In this document: positions 29,622 through 39,827 of the stretch, piece after piece
Numbering within the stretch: the first letter of the stretch is position 1
How the letters are laid out: the number at the start of each line of letters is the position of its first letter
Assembly: GCA_965243025.1 (NCBI GenBank)
Contig: CBDETY010000003.1
Location: 5,920,001-5,984,000, forward strand
Direction: 5' to 3'
Source: Candidatus Latescibacterota bacterium
Lineage (GTDB): Bacteria; Latescibacterota; UBA2968; UBA8231
Length of the DNA: 64,000 bases
The notes under the pieces: model-generated
The model's input: the letters and a program-made list of their open reading frames with translations, nothing else
Databases searched by the model: none
Told to the model about the DNA's origin: nothing
Position numbers and translations under genes: made by a program

Positions 29622-31034
29622 ATGGACGAGCTTTCACTCCTGACAGACGACCAGCTGCGGCACTTCATCGTCAACGGCTACGTGGTCGTGCGTCCGGACC
29701 TGCCCGCCGGCCTGCACGAGAGGATTTACAACGAGACCGGGACGGTGTTCGATGAGGAGGGAAACCCGGGCAACAACCTGGTGCCGAGGGTTCCGGCGGT
29801 GCAGCAGATCATCGACGCGCCCGAGGTCCGGGGGGCCCTGACCAGCATTCTCGGGGAGGGGTACTACGCGCAGCCGCACCGCCACTGCCACAACAACCCG
29901 CCCGGCAGCAAGGGGCAGAACCTGCACCAGGACGGCAGCAGCCGGTGGTCCCACCACACGCGCCGGATTCTCCTGTTCTACTACCCCCAGGACACCCCGG
30001 AGGAGCTGGGCCCGACCGCGATCGTGCCCGGCAGCCATTTCTACGCCACACAGGAAGGGGTAGCCGGGGCTGAAGAGCTGCCTCTGTGCGGCGAGGCCGG
30101 GACGGTGGTCGTCGCCCACTACGACATCTTCCATCGGGGAACCCCGAACCGCAGCGACCGCCAGCGGTTCATGATGAAGTTCCTGTTTGCGCGCACCGCG
30201 GAGCCGCGGTCGCCGAGCTGGGGCAACGAGGGACCCGGCTGGCCGGAGGACGGCAGTCCGCTCCCCCTCGATCCACCCGGGGCCCCGGACCGGGAGATGT
30301 ACCGGCACGTCTGGGACTGGCACTGCGGCAGGAGGGCCGATGGCGCCCCCGGGAACGGGCAGGTTTCCCCGGATTCGGGGGAGCGGGTGTCGGAGCTGCT
30401 GGCCGAGCTCGAAAGCGGAGGCGAGTCTGCAAGACTGCGGGCGGCCTACGCCCTCAAAGGAGCAGGTCCGGACGCGGTTCCCGGGCTGACGCGGTTGTTG
30501 CGCGACGACTCGCAGGAGCTGCGCCGCAACGCATGCCACGCCCTGAGCGCCATCGGGGAGGCCGCGGTCGAGCCCCTGGTCGACTCGCTGCAGCGGGAGG
30601 ACGCGGCCGAGCACGAGCGCGCCGAAGCGGCCGAGACCCTGGGTGACATCGGCATGGCCGCGCGCCCGGCCATTCCGGCCCTGACGGGGCGCCTGCGGGA
30701 CGAGTCGGCCGGAGTCCGCGCCCTGGCCGCCGAAGCGCTCGGGACGATCGCACAGGAGGATTCCGCAGCGGCCCCGGCGCTGGCCTCGGCGCTCGGGGAC
30801 GAGGAAGACCTGGTGCGCCGCAACGCCGCCTTCGCCTTGATCCGGCTGGGGCCGCACGCGGAGCCGGCGGTCCCCGCTCTGCGTGGCGTGCTCTACGACA
30901 GGGACCGGTACGTGCGCGGCGATGCCGCACAGGCCTTGCTGCGGATCGGCACCCGGCAGGCCTGGGAGGCGGTGATGCCGTTCCTCGAGACCTCGAGGTG
31001 GTGCCCCCTGACGACGAAGGAGAGCACCTATTAG
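29622..31034 (+). CDS. PhyH-family dioxygenase fused to HEAT/PBS-lyase repeats
   Basis: LHQD...PGSH...FHRG N-terminal domain, then repeated VR..AA.AL..IG units. Confidence 0.85.
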   Translation: MDELSLLTDDQLRHFIVNGYVVVRPDLPAGLHERIYNETGTVFDEEGNPGNNLVPRVPAVQQIIDAPEVRGALTSILGEGYYAQPHRHCHNNPPGSKGQNLHQDGSSRWSHHTRRILLFYYPQDTPEELGPTAIVPGSHFYATQEGVAGAEELPLCGEAGTVVVAHYDIFHRGTPNRSDRQRFMMKFLFARTAEPRSPSWGNEGPGWPEDGSPLPLDPPGAPDREMYRHVWDWHCGRRADGAPGNGQVSPDSGERVSELLAELESGGESARLRAAYALKGAGPDAVPGLTRLLRDDSQELRRNACHALSAIGEAAVEPLVDSLQREDAAEHERAEAAETLGDIGMAARPAIPALTGRLRDESAGVRALAAEALGTIAQEDSAAAPALASALGDEEDLVRRNAAFALIRLGPHAEPAVPALRGVLYDRDRYVRGDAAQALLRIGTRQAWEAVMPFLETSRWCPLTTKESTY

Positions 31035-31193
31035 GCCCGGCTCGGGACCGGGACTCCCACTCACCTCATGGGGATTGATCCGTTGGACTTGCGAATCCGT
31101 CAGCATGCCTTCTATTGCTTCGCAAAGCAGATGGAGCCCCGGCGATGTTCTGCCCTCAGAATTTAAGGGCAAAGGCAGTATCAGAAGCAGAGG

Positions 31194-32189
31194 ATGACAA
31201 GGAGGATAATAAATATGGAAGTTCCAAAGTTAGGTCGACTCGAAAAGGTCGACCTGAGGGAAGTTTGGACACGGGAAGATAGCGACTTTACTCCTTGGCT
31301 ATGTGAAGTTTCCAACCTTAAGCTGCTGGGGGAAACTATTGGAATTGAACTGGAATTTGAGGCTCAAGAAAAGTCAGTTGGGCAATTCAGTGCCGAAATT
31401 CTCTGTAAAGACACAGCAAGTAATACTTGGGTACTCATCGAGAACCAATTGGAGCGGACCGACCACACCCACCTTGGGCAGTTGCTGACCTATGCGGCGG
31501 GGCTCCGTGCTGTAACAATCGTATGGATTTCCCAAGAAATAACCGAAGAGCACAGAGCTGCACTCGACTGGCTCAACGAGATTACTGAAGAAAGATTTAG
31601 GTTCTTCGGACTTGAAATCGAAGTATGGCAGATCGGCCAGTCGGAAAGAGCTCCAAAATTTAATATGGTTTCAAAGCCTAACGACTGGTCACGGACGGTT
31701 ACGGCTGGAGCTAACCGACTGGAACTGACCGAGGCAAAACGGTTACAACTCGACTTCTGGACACAGTTCAAGACTTTCGTGGAGGAAAACAAGGCTCCTT
31801 TCGAGACTTGGAAGGCAGCGCCCCAGAATTCGATGTTGATCGGACGTGTTTTTAGAAGGGGATTTTACCTGAAGGCAATTGCTTCAATGTGGAATTCTGA
31901 GTCGAATTCTTATGACAGTAACGAACTGAGGGCAGAACTGGTTGTAGATAGCGAAAACTCTGGTCGACATTTCGAAGCCCTGAAAGATATGAGGGAAAGC
32001 ATCGAGAGCCACTTGGGCGGGTTGAAATGGTACACCACGCCTAATGGCCGTATGCGTCGTGTGTACGCAAGGAAAGATGCGGATTTGAATGACCGAAAAC
32101 ATTGGCCTGAATATTTCAAGTGGTTGATGGACATGCTGAAGGCTTTCGAGGATACATTCAGGCCTGTCGTACAGAGCCTGGAACCATGA
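31194..32189 (+). CDS. DUF4268-domain, NucS-like PD-(D/E)xK protein
   Basis: DLREVW..E..DFTPWL, IENQLERTDHTHLGQLLTYAAGL, FW..F. Clearly lower GC than its neighbours. Confidence 0.75.
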   Translation: MTRRIINMEVPKLGRLEKVDLREVWTREDSDFTPWLCEVSNLKLLGETIGIELEFEAQEKSVGQFSAEILCKDTASNTWVLIENQLERTDHTHLGQLLTYAAGLRAVTIVWISQEITEEHRAALDWLNEITEERFRFFGLEIEVWQIGQSERAPKFNMVSKPNDWSRTVTAGANRLELTEAKRLQLDFWTQFKTFVEENKAPFETWKAAPQNSMLIGRVFRRGFYLKAIASMWNSESNSYDSNELRAELVVDSENSGRHFEALKDMRESIESHLGGLKWYTTPNGRMRRVYARKDADLNDRKHWPEYFKWLMDMLKAFEDTFRPVVQSLEP

Positions 32190-32338
32190 GTTGCGGATTT
32201 TCCTGAAAAAGGAGGGTATCCTGAAGCTCCATACTCCATTGCTCCAAGTTGCGTTTCCGGCTGGCACGCCCGCCCTCTCGATGACGGGCTTCCCCTGACT
32301 TTCCGACGTCTTCCCGACGTCCCGTTGTAACGGACAGG

Positions 32339-34696
32339 ATGCTTAGAACAGCCAAATACGCGGCTCTGGCAATCGGCCTGGCGCTGCCGGCACCGCCGGC
32401 ATGCGCGCAGGGTGAGAACAGCAATCTCCGCATCGGGCTGTTGCTCGATTCCCGGCCCCGTGCAACCGATCCGGGAAGCGATCTGGATTTCCTCAGGAAG
32501 GAAATCCACAAGGTGCTGGGGGCCGGCAGGTCGGTTCATTTCCTCCCGGAGCACCTGCGTTTCGGCGCGGAACCCGCGGACTACCTGTCCCTTGCGAACG
32601 ACCCTGCGGTCGACCTGGTCATTGCCGTGGGGCCGGCAAACGCGGCGATGCTGGCCGCCCTGGGCGGTCTGCCCAAACCGACGATCGCCGTCGGGATCCT
32701 CGACGTCGAGCTGCAGCGGATGCCGCTGGCCGAGCCCGGCGTATCCGGGGTGCCCAACTTCACCTACGTCCTCGGCACCCATGCCATCGAAAAGGACCTG
32801 GAGGCATTCCACCGCATCCATCCCTTTTCGCACCTGGCCGTGATCGTCAGCGAGAACCTGAAGGACAGGCTGGATTTCGAGGGTTTCTTCCAACGCCTCG
32901 CCGCCCCGTACGAAGCCGGGGTTGAGCTGGTCTTCTGGGGGGCGGAAGCCCCCATGCCGGTGTTGAGCGACTCGGTCGACGCGGTTTACCTGACAATGGT
33001 CTTCGAGCGCAGTCCCGAGGAGGTCGCCGCCCTGGCCGCGGCCATTGCCGGGCGCAGGCTTCCTTCCTTTGCCATGGGCCGGTCCTACGTGGATGCGGGC
33101 ATCATGGGGTGTGTCGGCGACCGGAACGCCCGGGACCGGATCGTCCGCAGCCTGGCCCTGATCGTCGAGGGGGTCGCCCTCGGGGAGGAGCTGGCGGCGA
33201 TGCCGGTCGAGCGCAACCTCGACGAGCAGTGGGTGCTGAACGCGGCAACGGTCCGCAAGATCGGCCTCGACCTCTCTTTCGAAACGCTGTTTTCGGCCCG
33301 CTTCCTCAAGGCCGACGAACCTGTCGGGGCCCGGCGCTTCAGTCTGCGGGAGATCATCGCCGAGGGCCTGCGGAGCAACCTCGACCTGCGCATCGAGAAG
33401 AGGAACGTCGATCTGGCCGCGCAGGAGATGCGGCGGGCAAGGTCGTCCCTGCTGCCTTCGGTGGAGACCTCGGCCACCCTGCTGCAGATCGACCCGGAGG
33501 CCGCCGACCGCGCTTTCGGCCAGCAGCCGGAGCGGACCGGAAAGGGGACCGGCACCGTGCAGCAGGTGCTGTTCTCCGAGCCGGCCCTGGCCAACCTGGA
33601 GATCCAGCGGTACCTCGCGGAGGCCGCCCGCCACCGGGCCGACCTGGTGGCGCTGGACGTGGTGCTCAACCTGGCGACCGCCTACTTCGATATCCTGCTG
33701 GCCAGGACCGCGGGGCGGATCCAGGACGAGAACCTCGAGGCCTCGCGCCGCAACCTGAAGATCGCCCGCACCCGGCATGCCGTCGGCTACGCGGGCGTCG
33801 CCGACGTGTTCCGCTGGGAGAGCGAAGTCGCGCGGGCGACCCAGTCCTCCATCCAGGCTTTCAATTCCCTGTACCTCGCCAAGGTGCAGCTCAACCGGTT
33901 GCTGAACCGGGCGGACATCGGCGAAGAGTTCGAGGTGGAGGATACCGCGATTTCCGACGTCCTGGGCGGCTTCGACCCGGCAGGTATGGGGGACCTGATC
34001 CGCCGCGCCGGGGACGTGGAGATCCTGACCGGGTTCCTCGTCGAAGAGGCCCTCGGGAACATGCCTTCGCTGAAGCAGCTGGAGGCCAACATCAAAGCGG
34101 CCGGGCGCCGGCAGCGGATGAACTACCGGCAGTACTACCTGCCTTCGGTGGCTTTGCGGGGACAGGCCGACTACACCTTCTGGCGCGACGGCAAGGGGAT
34201 GCCGCCCGCTTCGGCGGCCCCCCTCGACGCAACCTGGAACCTCGCCGTCCACTTCACCTATCCCCTGTTCCAGGGCAACCAGCGCAAGGTCGCCGTCGAC
34301 CAGACCGCGGTTCAGCAGCAGCAGCTCCGCCTTCAGGAAGAGAGCCTGCGGCAGCAACTCTCCCAGGCCGTCCGGGTGCGCGTGACGAACCTGGTTTCGA
34401 GGGGCACCAACATACACTTCGCGCAGGTGGCCGCGGCCAGCGCCCGCAGGAACTTCGAGCTGGTGCAGGATGCCTACGAGAAAGGCCTGCTGGGAATCGC
34501 CCAGCTGGTCGATGCGCAGCGGGCCTCCCTCTCCGCAAGCCAGGGGGAGGCCGGTGCGGTGTACGAGTACCTGGTCAGCTATCTGCAGCTGGAAAACAGC
34601 GTGGGGGGGTACACCATGTTCATGACTCCCGATGAGCGGGAAGCCTTCATCGGGCGCCTTACCGCGTTCTTCGCCGAAAGAAAAAGGGCACCATGA
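32339..34696 (+). CDS. TolC-family outer membrane efflux protein with an N-terminal ABC substrate-binding-like domain
   Basis: Signal peptide, periplasmic binding-like N-half, then two OEP repeats (SLREII..GL..N.DL; AYF..L.A; YEKG...I..LVDAQ). Confidence 0.8.
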   Translation: MLRTAKYAALAIGLALPAPPACAQGENSNLRIGLLLDSRPRATDPGSDLDFLRKEIHKVLGAGRSVHFLPEHLRFGAEPADYLSLANDPAVDLVIAVGPANAAMLAALGGLPKPTIAVGILDVELQRMPLAEPGVSGVPNFTYVLGTHAIEKDLEAFHRIHPFSHLAVIVSENLKDRLDFEGFFQRLAAPYEAGVELVFWGAEAPMPVLSDSVDAVYLTMVFERSPEEVAALAAAIAGRRLPSFAMGRSYVDAGIMGCVGDRNARDRIVRSLALIVEGVALGEELAAMPVERNLDEQWVLNAATVRKIGLDLSFETLFSARFLKADEPVGARRFSLREIIAEGLRSNLDLRIEKRNVDLAAQEMRRARSSLLPSVETSATLLQIDPEAADRAFGQQPERTGKGTGTVQQVLFSEPALANLEIQRYLAEAARHRADLVALDVVLNLATAYFDILLARTAGRIQDENLEASRRNLKIARTRHAVGYAGVADVFRWESEVARATQSSIQAFNSLYLAKVQLNRLLNRADIGEEFEVEDTAISDVLGGFDPAGMGDLIRRAGDVEILTGFLVEEALGNMPSLKQLEANIKAAGRRQRMNYRQYYLPSVALRGQADYTFWRDGKGMPPASAAPLDATWNLAVHFTYPLFQGNQRKVAVDQTAVQQQQLRLQEESLRQQLSQAVRVRVTNLVSRGTNIHFAQVAAASARRNFELVQDAYEKGLLGIAQLVDAQRASLSASQGEAGAVYEYLVSYLQLENSVGGYTMFMTPDEREAFIGRLTAFFAERKRAP

Positions 34697-35799
34697 AACG
34701 AGGCAGGATTCAGAGGGTGAACCTCGAACCCGCGGGGATCTGTGCCCTGGCGTTGGGTATTTGGATCGGGTGCGGGGGGGAACCGCAGATCCCGGAGCCG
34801 GTTCGCCCGGTGAAGTACGCCGAGGTTCGTCCCGCGAGCGCGGTCCGCAGCCAGCGTTTTGCCGGCACCGCCAGGGCCGGCACCGAGGCGAGGCTCAGCT
34901 TCCGAACCGGAGGGCTCATCGAATCGATCGGCGTCAGGGCGGGCGACCGGGTGAAAGCCGGCCAGCGCCTCGCCGCCCTCGACAGCCGGGATGCCGCGCT
35001 CGCGTACCAGAAGGCGAGGGCGGCCCTGGAGAACGCCCGGGTGCAGAAGGCCAACGCCCAGTCCAGCCTCACCCGGATCCGGCAACTCTACCAGGCCGAC
35101 AACGTCTCTCTCGCCGAGTACGAACAGGCAAAGGCCGGTTACGCCGCCGCCGCCTCCAGCCATGAGTCCGCGGAGAAGAGCCTGGATCTGCAGGAACGCC
35201 AGCTGAGGTTCAACGAGATCCGCGCTCCTGTCGACGGCATCGTCACCGCGGTCAACTTCGAGGTCAACGAGGTGATCCAGGCCGGGGCCCCCCTGGTGGA
35301 GCTGAGCGCGGGCGAGGATATCGAAATGGAGGTGGGGGTCCCCGAGGGCCATATCGCCCGGATCGGGAACGGAGACCCGGTCAGCGTGCGTTTCTCGGCC
35401 CTTCCCGGGGTGGAGTTCGCCGCCCGGGTGCGGGAGATATCCTGGGCCCTCGACGCTTCCAGCACCTATCCGGTCAGGGTGCGGCTCGACGCCCCCTCCC
35501 CGTCCATCAGGCCCGGCATGGCAGGGGATGCGGAGTTCCGCTTCGGCACCGGAGGGCCGGCGGACCCGCTCGTGGTCCCGGTCAAGGCAGTGGGAGAAGA
35601 CGCCAGTGGCAGGTATGTCTTTGTCATTGACGGAGTCGGCCAGGGGGTGGGGACCGTCCAGCGGCGGGCGGTCCGCGTCGGCAGCCTGGTCGCGGACGGT
35701 TTCGTCGTCGAAGAGGGGCTCGCCGAAGGGGAGCTGGTCGCCACCGCGGGCCTCCGGTCGCTGATGAACGGGATGAAGGTGCGGCTCCTGGAACAGTGA
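34693..35799 (+). CDS. RND efflux membrane fusion protein
   Basis: Lipobox WIGC, LSFRTGG..V..GD.VK.GQ.LA.LD, IRAPVDG. Confidence 0.9.
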   Translation: MKRGRIQRVNLEPAGICALALGIWIGCGGEPQIPEPVRPVKYAEVRPASAVRSQRFAGTARAGTEARLSFRTGGLIESIGVRAGDRVKAGQRLAALDSRDAALAYQKARAALENARVQKANAQSSLTRIRQLYQADNVSLAEYEQAKAGYAAAASSHESAEKSLDLQERQLRFNEIRAPVDGIVTAVNFEVNEVIQAGAPLVELSAGEDIEMEVGVPEGHIARIGNGDPVSVRFSALPGVEFAARVREISWALDASSTYPVRVRLDAPSPSIRPGMAGDAEFRFGTGGPADPLVVPVKAVGEDASGRYVFVIDGVGQGVGTVQRRAVRVGSLVADGFVVEEGLAEGELVATAGLRSLMNGMKVRLLEQ

Positions 35800-35827
35800 G
35801 CCGCCCCCGACCTGAAGGCGCGTCGCC

Positions 35828-38800
35828 ATGAATCTCACCCGGATCGCCCTGGACAACAGCCGTGTCACCATCGCGGCCCTGCTTGTCGTTCTGGTTCTCG
35901 GCCTGGCAGGGTACCGGACGATGCCGCGCGACAGCATGCCCCCTTTCACGATCCGCGCCGCCTCGGTGGTGACCGGCTTTCCCGGCGCCGGTCCCGAGCG
36001 CGTCGAGTCCCTGATCACCGCCAGGATCGAGGAAGTCGCGCAGGAGCTGCCCGAGCTGGCAACTGTCACCAGTGAGTCGCGGACTGGTCTGTCGGTAGTG
36101 TCGGTGGTGCTCGAACCGGAAACATCGCCGGGGGAACTCCAGGCTGTATGGGACCGGTTGCGGCGCAAGATCGACACCGTTCGCCCGGACCTGCCCGAGG
36201 GCATCCATGGCCCCGAGGTAAAGGACGACGGTCTCGGGGTGGTGTTCGGCATCGTGATCGGCCTGACAGGGGACGGTTTCAGCTTCGCCGAAATGGAGGT
36301 GATCGCCAGGGAGCTGCGGGACGACATCATCAAGCTGCCCGGGGCTTCGGAGGTGAGGATCAGCGGAGTCCAGAAGGAGCGGATCTACCTGCAGTTCAAC
36401 GACGCCCGGATGGCGGAGCTGGGGCTTTCCGCGCAGAAGATCAGGAACAACATCGCCGCCACGAACATCGTTTTTCCCGGCGGCGAGGTCAGCCTGGAGG
36501 AGGAGCGCCTGGTGCTCGAGCCGACCGGCAGCTTCGCCGGCCTGGAGGACCTGGCGAGGACGCTGATTCCCGTGGGCAAGGGCGGGCAGGTGTACCTCGG
36601 GGACATCACCCGCATCGTCCGGGAGTACGAGACACCCCGGCAGCGCCTGGTCAGGATCAACGGTCAGCCGGGGCTGTCGCTCTCGGTGGCCCTCGGCGAA
36701 GGGGCCAACATCATCGCGCTGGGAAGGGAGGTGGACGGGCTGGTAGCCGGCCGCCAGGCGCGGGCTCCCCTCGGGATCGCCTTCAACAGGGTGGCATCCC
36801 AGGATTTCGAGGTGGCCAGGTCGGTCGCCGACTTCACCGGCAACCTCCTGCAGAGCGTCGCCGTGGTGCTGGCGACCATGCTTCTTTTCCTGGGGCTGCG
36901 CACCGGCCTTGTGGTGGCCAGCCTCATTCCCATGACCATCGTCGCCACCCTCTTCGTCATGGGTCTGTTCGATACCGGTCTCAACCAGGTGTCGCTGGCG
37001 GCCCTGATCATGGCGCTGGGCATGCTGGTGGACAACGCCATCGTGGTGTCGGAAGCGATCGCGGTGAAGATGGAAAAGGGCACCGGCGCCAGGGAGGCCG
37101 CCATCGAATCGGCCCGGGAGCTGGCGGCTCCGCTCCTGGTTTCATCGCTGACCACCTCCGCCGCCTTCCTCTCCTTCTTCCTGGCCCCGTCCATCATGGG
37201 CGAGATGATGGCGCCGCTCTTCAGCGTGATTTCCATTGCCCTGCTCTCCTCTTGGCTGCTCTCCCTGACCATAATCACCTTGCTGGCCGTGTTCTTCCTG
37301 CGGGTCAAACCGCAGGCCGCCCGGTCCGAAAGAAGCAACCTCATCGAGCGCTTGAACGGGTTTTACAATGGATTGCTGCTCAAGGCCCTTCGCCGCCCCT
37401 GGTCGTTTTCCGCAATCATCGCCGGACTATTTCTGCTGTCGCTTCTGGGATTCGGTTTCCTGCCGTTCATCTTCTTTCCGGACAGCCAGCGCAACCTGTT
37501 GACGCTGAATCTGAGCCTGCCCCTGGGAACCCGGATCGAGACCACGACCGCCCGGGTGCAGATGATCGAGTCGTACATCGCGGACAGTCTCCTCGTGAAC
37601 GAACACCGGCGGCGCGGGATAACGGATTGGGCCGCCTTCATCGGCGAGGGACCCCCCTCATATGACCTGGGGTACCAGCCGGGAGAGGGCAATCCGGGTT
37701 CCGCCCACATGCTGCTGAACACCAGTTCGGGCGAGGACAACCAGTGGCTGATCGACCGTTTGGACGGCTTCTGCTTCAGCTCCTTTCCCGATGCAGAGAC
37801 AAGGGTTTCGAGGCTGTCCGGGGGCGGCGGCGGCGGAAGCGACGTGGCCGTGCGCATTACCGGGCCGGATCCCGACGGGCTGTTCGCGATCGCCGGGCGC
37901 ATCAAGCAGAAGCTCAACGAGATTGCCGGAACGAAGAACATCGGGGACGACTGGGGGCCGAAGATCAAGAAAGTCGTGGTCGACATCGACCAGTCGAGGA
38001 CCCGCATGGCCGGCCTGACCAACCAGGATATCGCCCTTTCGCTGCAGGCGGCGCTCGCGGGGTTCGATATGGGCGCATTCCGCGAGGGAGACCGCAGCAT
38101 TCCCATCGTGCTGCGCCACGAGAGCAGCCAGGAGGTCGACGTGCGCCAGCTGGAGAGCCTGAACATTTTCGCCCAGGGATCGGGAATCAACGTGCCCCTG
38201 GGACAGGTGGCGCAGGTCGTTACGCAGTGGCAGCTGCCCAGGATCAAACGGCGCGATCTGAACCGCACCATGACGGTGACCTGCGATGCCGGGAGAGGAT
38301 TCACCGCCCGCGACGTCACCGACGCCCTCGTCCCCTGGCTCGAGGAGGACAGCCGATCCTGGAAGCAGGGCTACCGCTACGAGCTGGGGGGCGAGTCGGA
38401 AGAGAGCGGCGACGCCATGGGCGCCGTCATCTCCAAGCTGCCTCTTTCCGCCTTCATCATCCTCGGGCTGCTGATCCTGCAGTTCAACTCGATCCGCAAG
38501 ACCTTCATCGTGCTGAGCACCATTCCTCTCGGCCTGATCGGGGTGGTCGCCGGGTTGCTGATCTTCCGCTCGTTCTTCGGCTTCTTCGCCTTTCTCGGGT
38601 TGATCTCGCTTGCCGGCATCGTCATCAACAACGCCATCGTTCTACTCGACCGCATCCAGATCGAACAGGACCGGTCCGGGCGGGCTTCCGTCGATGCGAT
38701 CGTCGCGGCGGCCCGGCAGCGTTTCCGCCCCATCCTGCTGACCACCTGCACCACGACCCTGGGGTTGGTTCCCCTCTACCTCGGCGGCGGGCTGATGTGG

Positions 38801-38905
38801 GAGCCGATGGCGGTCTCCATCATGGTGGGCCTGTTGTTTGCCACGGTGATCACCCTGCTGTTCGTGCCGGTGCTGTACAAGATCCTCTTCCGCGTCGGAG
38901 ACTGA
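35828..38905 (+). CDS. AcrB/AcrD/AcrF family RND permease
   Basis: GMLVDNAIVV, GIVINNAIVL, RFRPILLT, multiple TM segments. Confidence 0.95.
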   Translation: MNLTRIALDNSRVTIAALLVVLVLGLAGYRTMPRDSMPPFTIRAASVVTGFPGAGPERVESLITARIEEVAQELPELATVTSESRTGLSVVSVVLEPETSPGELQAVWDRLRRKIDTVRPDLPEGIHGPEVKDDGLGVVFGIVIGLTGDGFSFAEMEVIARELRDDIIKLPGASEVRISGVQKERIYLQFNDARMAELGLSAQKIRNNIAATNIVFPGGEVSLEEERLVLEPTGSFAGLEDLARTLIPVGKGGQVYLGDITRIVREYETPRQRLVRINGQPGLSLSVALGEGANIIALGREVDGLVAGRQARAPLGIAFNRVASQDFEVARSVADFTGNLLQSVAVVLATMLLFLGLRTGLVVASLIPMTIVATLFVMGLFDTGLNQVSLAALIMALGMLVDNAIVVSEAIAVKMEKGTGAREAAIESARELAAPLLVSSLTTSAAFLSFFLAPSIMGEMMAPLFSVISIALLSSWLLSLTIITLLAVFFLRVKPQAARSERSNLIERLNGFYNGLLLKALRRPWSFSAIIAGLFLLSLLGFGFLPFIFFPDSQRNLLTLNLSLPLGTRIETTTARVQMIESYIADSLLVNEHRRRGITDWAAFIGEGPPSYDLGYQPGEGNPGSAHMLLNTSSGEDNQWLIDRLDGFCFSSFPDAETRVSRLSGGGGGGSDVAVRITGPDPDGLFAIAGRIKQKLNEIAGTKNIGDDWGPKIKKVVVDIDQSRTRMAGLTNQDIALSLQAALAGFDMGAFREGDRSIPIVLRHESSQEVDVRQLESLNIFAQGSGINVPLGQVAQVVTQWQLPRIKRRDLNRTMTVTCDAGRGFTARDVTDALVPWLEEDSRSWKQGYRYELGGESEESGDAMGAVISKLPLSAFIILGLLILQFNSIRKTFIVLSTIPLGLIGVVAGLLIFRSFFGFFAFLGLISLAGIVINNAIVLLDRIQIEQDRSGRASVDAIVAAARQRFRPILLTTCTTTLGLVPLYLGGGLMWEPMAVSIMVGLLFATVITLLFVPVLYKILFRVGD

Positions 38906-38956
38906 CCTGCGTTTTCCAAGCTTCAGGAGTTGCGGAACTCCGGACCCAACAGCTCG

Positions 38957-39760
38957 TCAGCTGAAAAAGAGCCGCTCCGCGGTGCCGCGCAGGATCTGGT
39001 CGCGGTCGGACTCGGAGAGGCCGAGCTTGTCGCGCACAACGGAGATCGAGTCCTCCATCGTTTCCTTGACGACCTGGTACGGCGAGTCGCTCCCCCACAT
39101 GCACCGCCCGGGACCGAAGGCGTCGATGACGCGCCGTATCATGGGGATGAGGTCGTCGTGCGGCGGACCGTCGCCCAGAGCGTGGAGCCGGGATATCTTG
39201 ACGTGGGTATTCGGCAGGGCGGCGATGTCGGTCAACAACTCTATATGAGCGTCGTTTACCGGCTCCCTCTCCCCTACCCGTGTCATGTGGTCGACGACGA
39301 CCGTCGTACCGGGGTGTCTGGCGGCCATTTCCCTGATGGCGGGAGCGCCGGCCGGATGGGTGAGGGGGCACATGGCTTGACCGGTCTGGGCGGCGGCCTC
39401 GAAAAGGCGGTCCCACTGCGGGCCGTCGTAGTCGACGCCGATGCGGAACCCGCGAACGCCCTGTGCCTTCAGGGCTTCCATGTCCTCCTGGACGTCCTCC
39501 TTCATCTCGTCGACGATGCCTATTGCGCTGAACACGCCGGGGAAGCGCTCGAGGGCGTCGATGGCGTAGCTGTTGTCGAATTCGTGGTAGCCCGTCTGCA
39601 CGATGACGACCTTCCCGATCCCGGACGGTCCCGCGTGACGCAGGTACATCTCCGGCGTAAAGTCTGGAGGGTCGAGGTCCGCGGCGGCCTGCCCTCCGGC
39701 GAGGGGGTAACTGGCTACGTCGGAAGTCCAGAGGTGAATATGGGCGTCGATCCAGGCCAT
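38957..39760 (-). CDS. Amidohydrolase_2 family protein
   Basis: IDAHIHLW, VVDHM, FGP.RCMWGSDSP. Confidence 0.88.
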   Translation of the reverse strand: MAWIDAHIHLWTSDVASYPLAGGQAAADLDPPDFTPEMYLRHAGPSGIGKVVIVQTGYHEFDNSYAIDALERFPGVFSAIGIVDEMKEDVQEDMEALKAQGVRGFRIGVDYDGPQWDRLFEAAAQTGQAMCPLTHPAGAPAIREMAARHPGTTVVVDHMTRVGEREPVNDAHIELLTDIAALPNTHVKISRLHALGDGPPHDDLIPMIRRVIDAFGPGRCMWGSDSPYQVVKETMEDSISVVRDKLGLSESDRDQILRGTAERLFFS

Positions 39761-39827
39761 CGTTTTCTCCTTTCAGCAGTGAAGTGATTCCCGAGTACTG
39801 AACCAAGATACAAGGAGAAAGTGCGAA

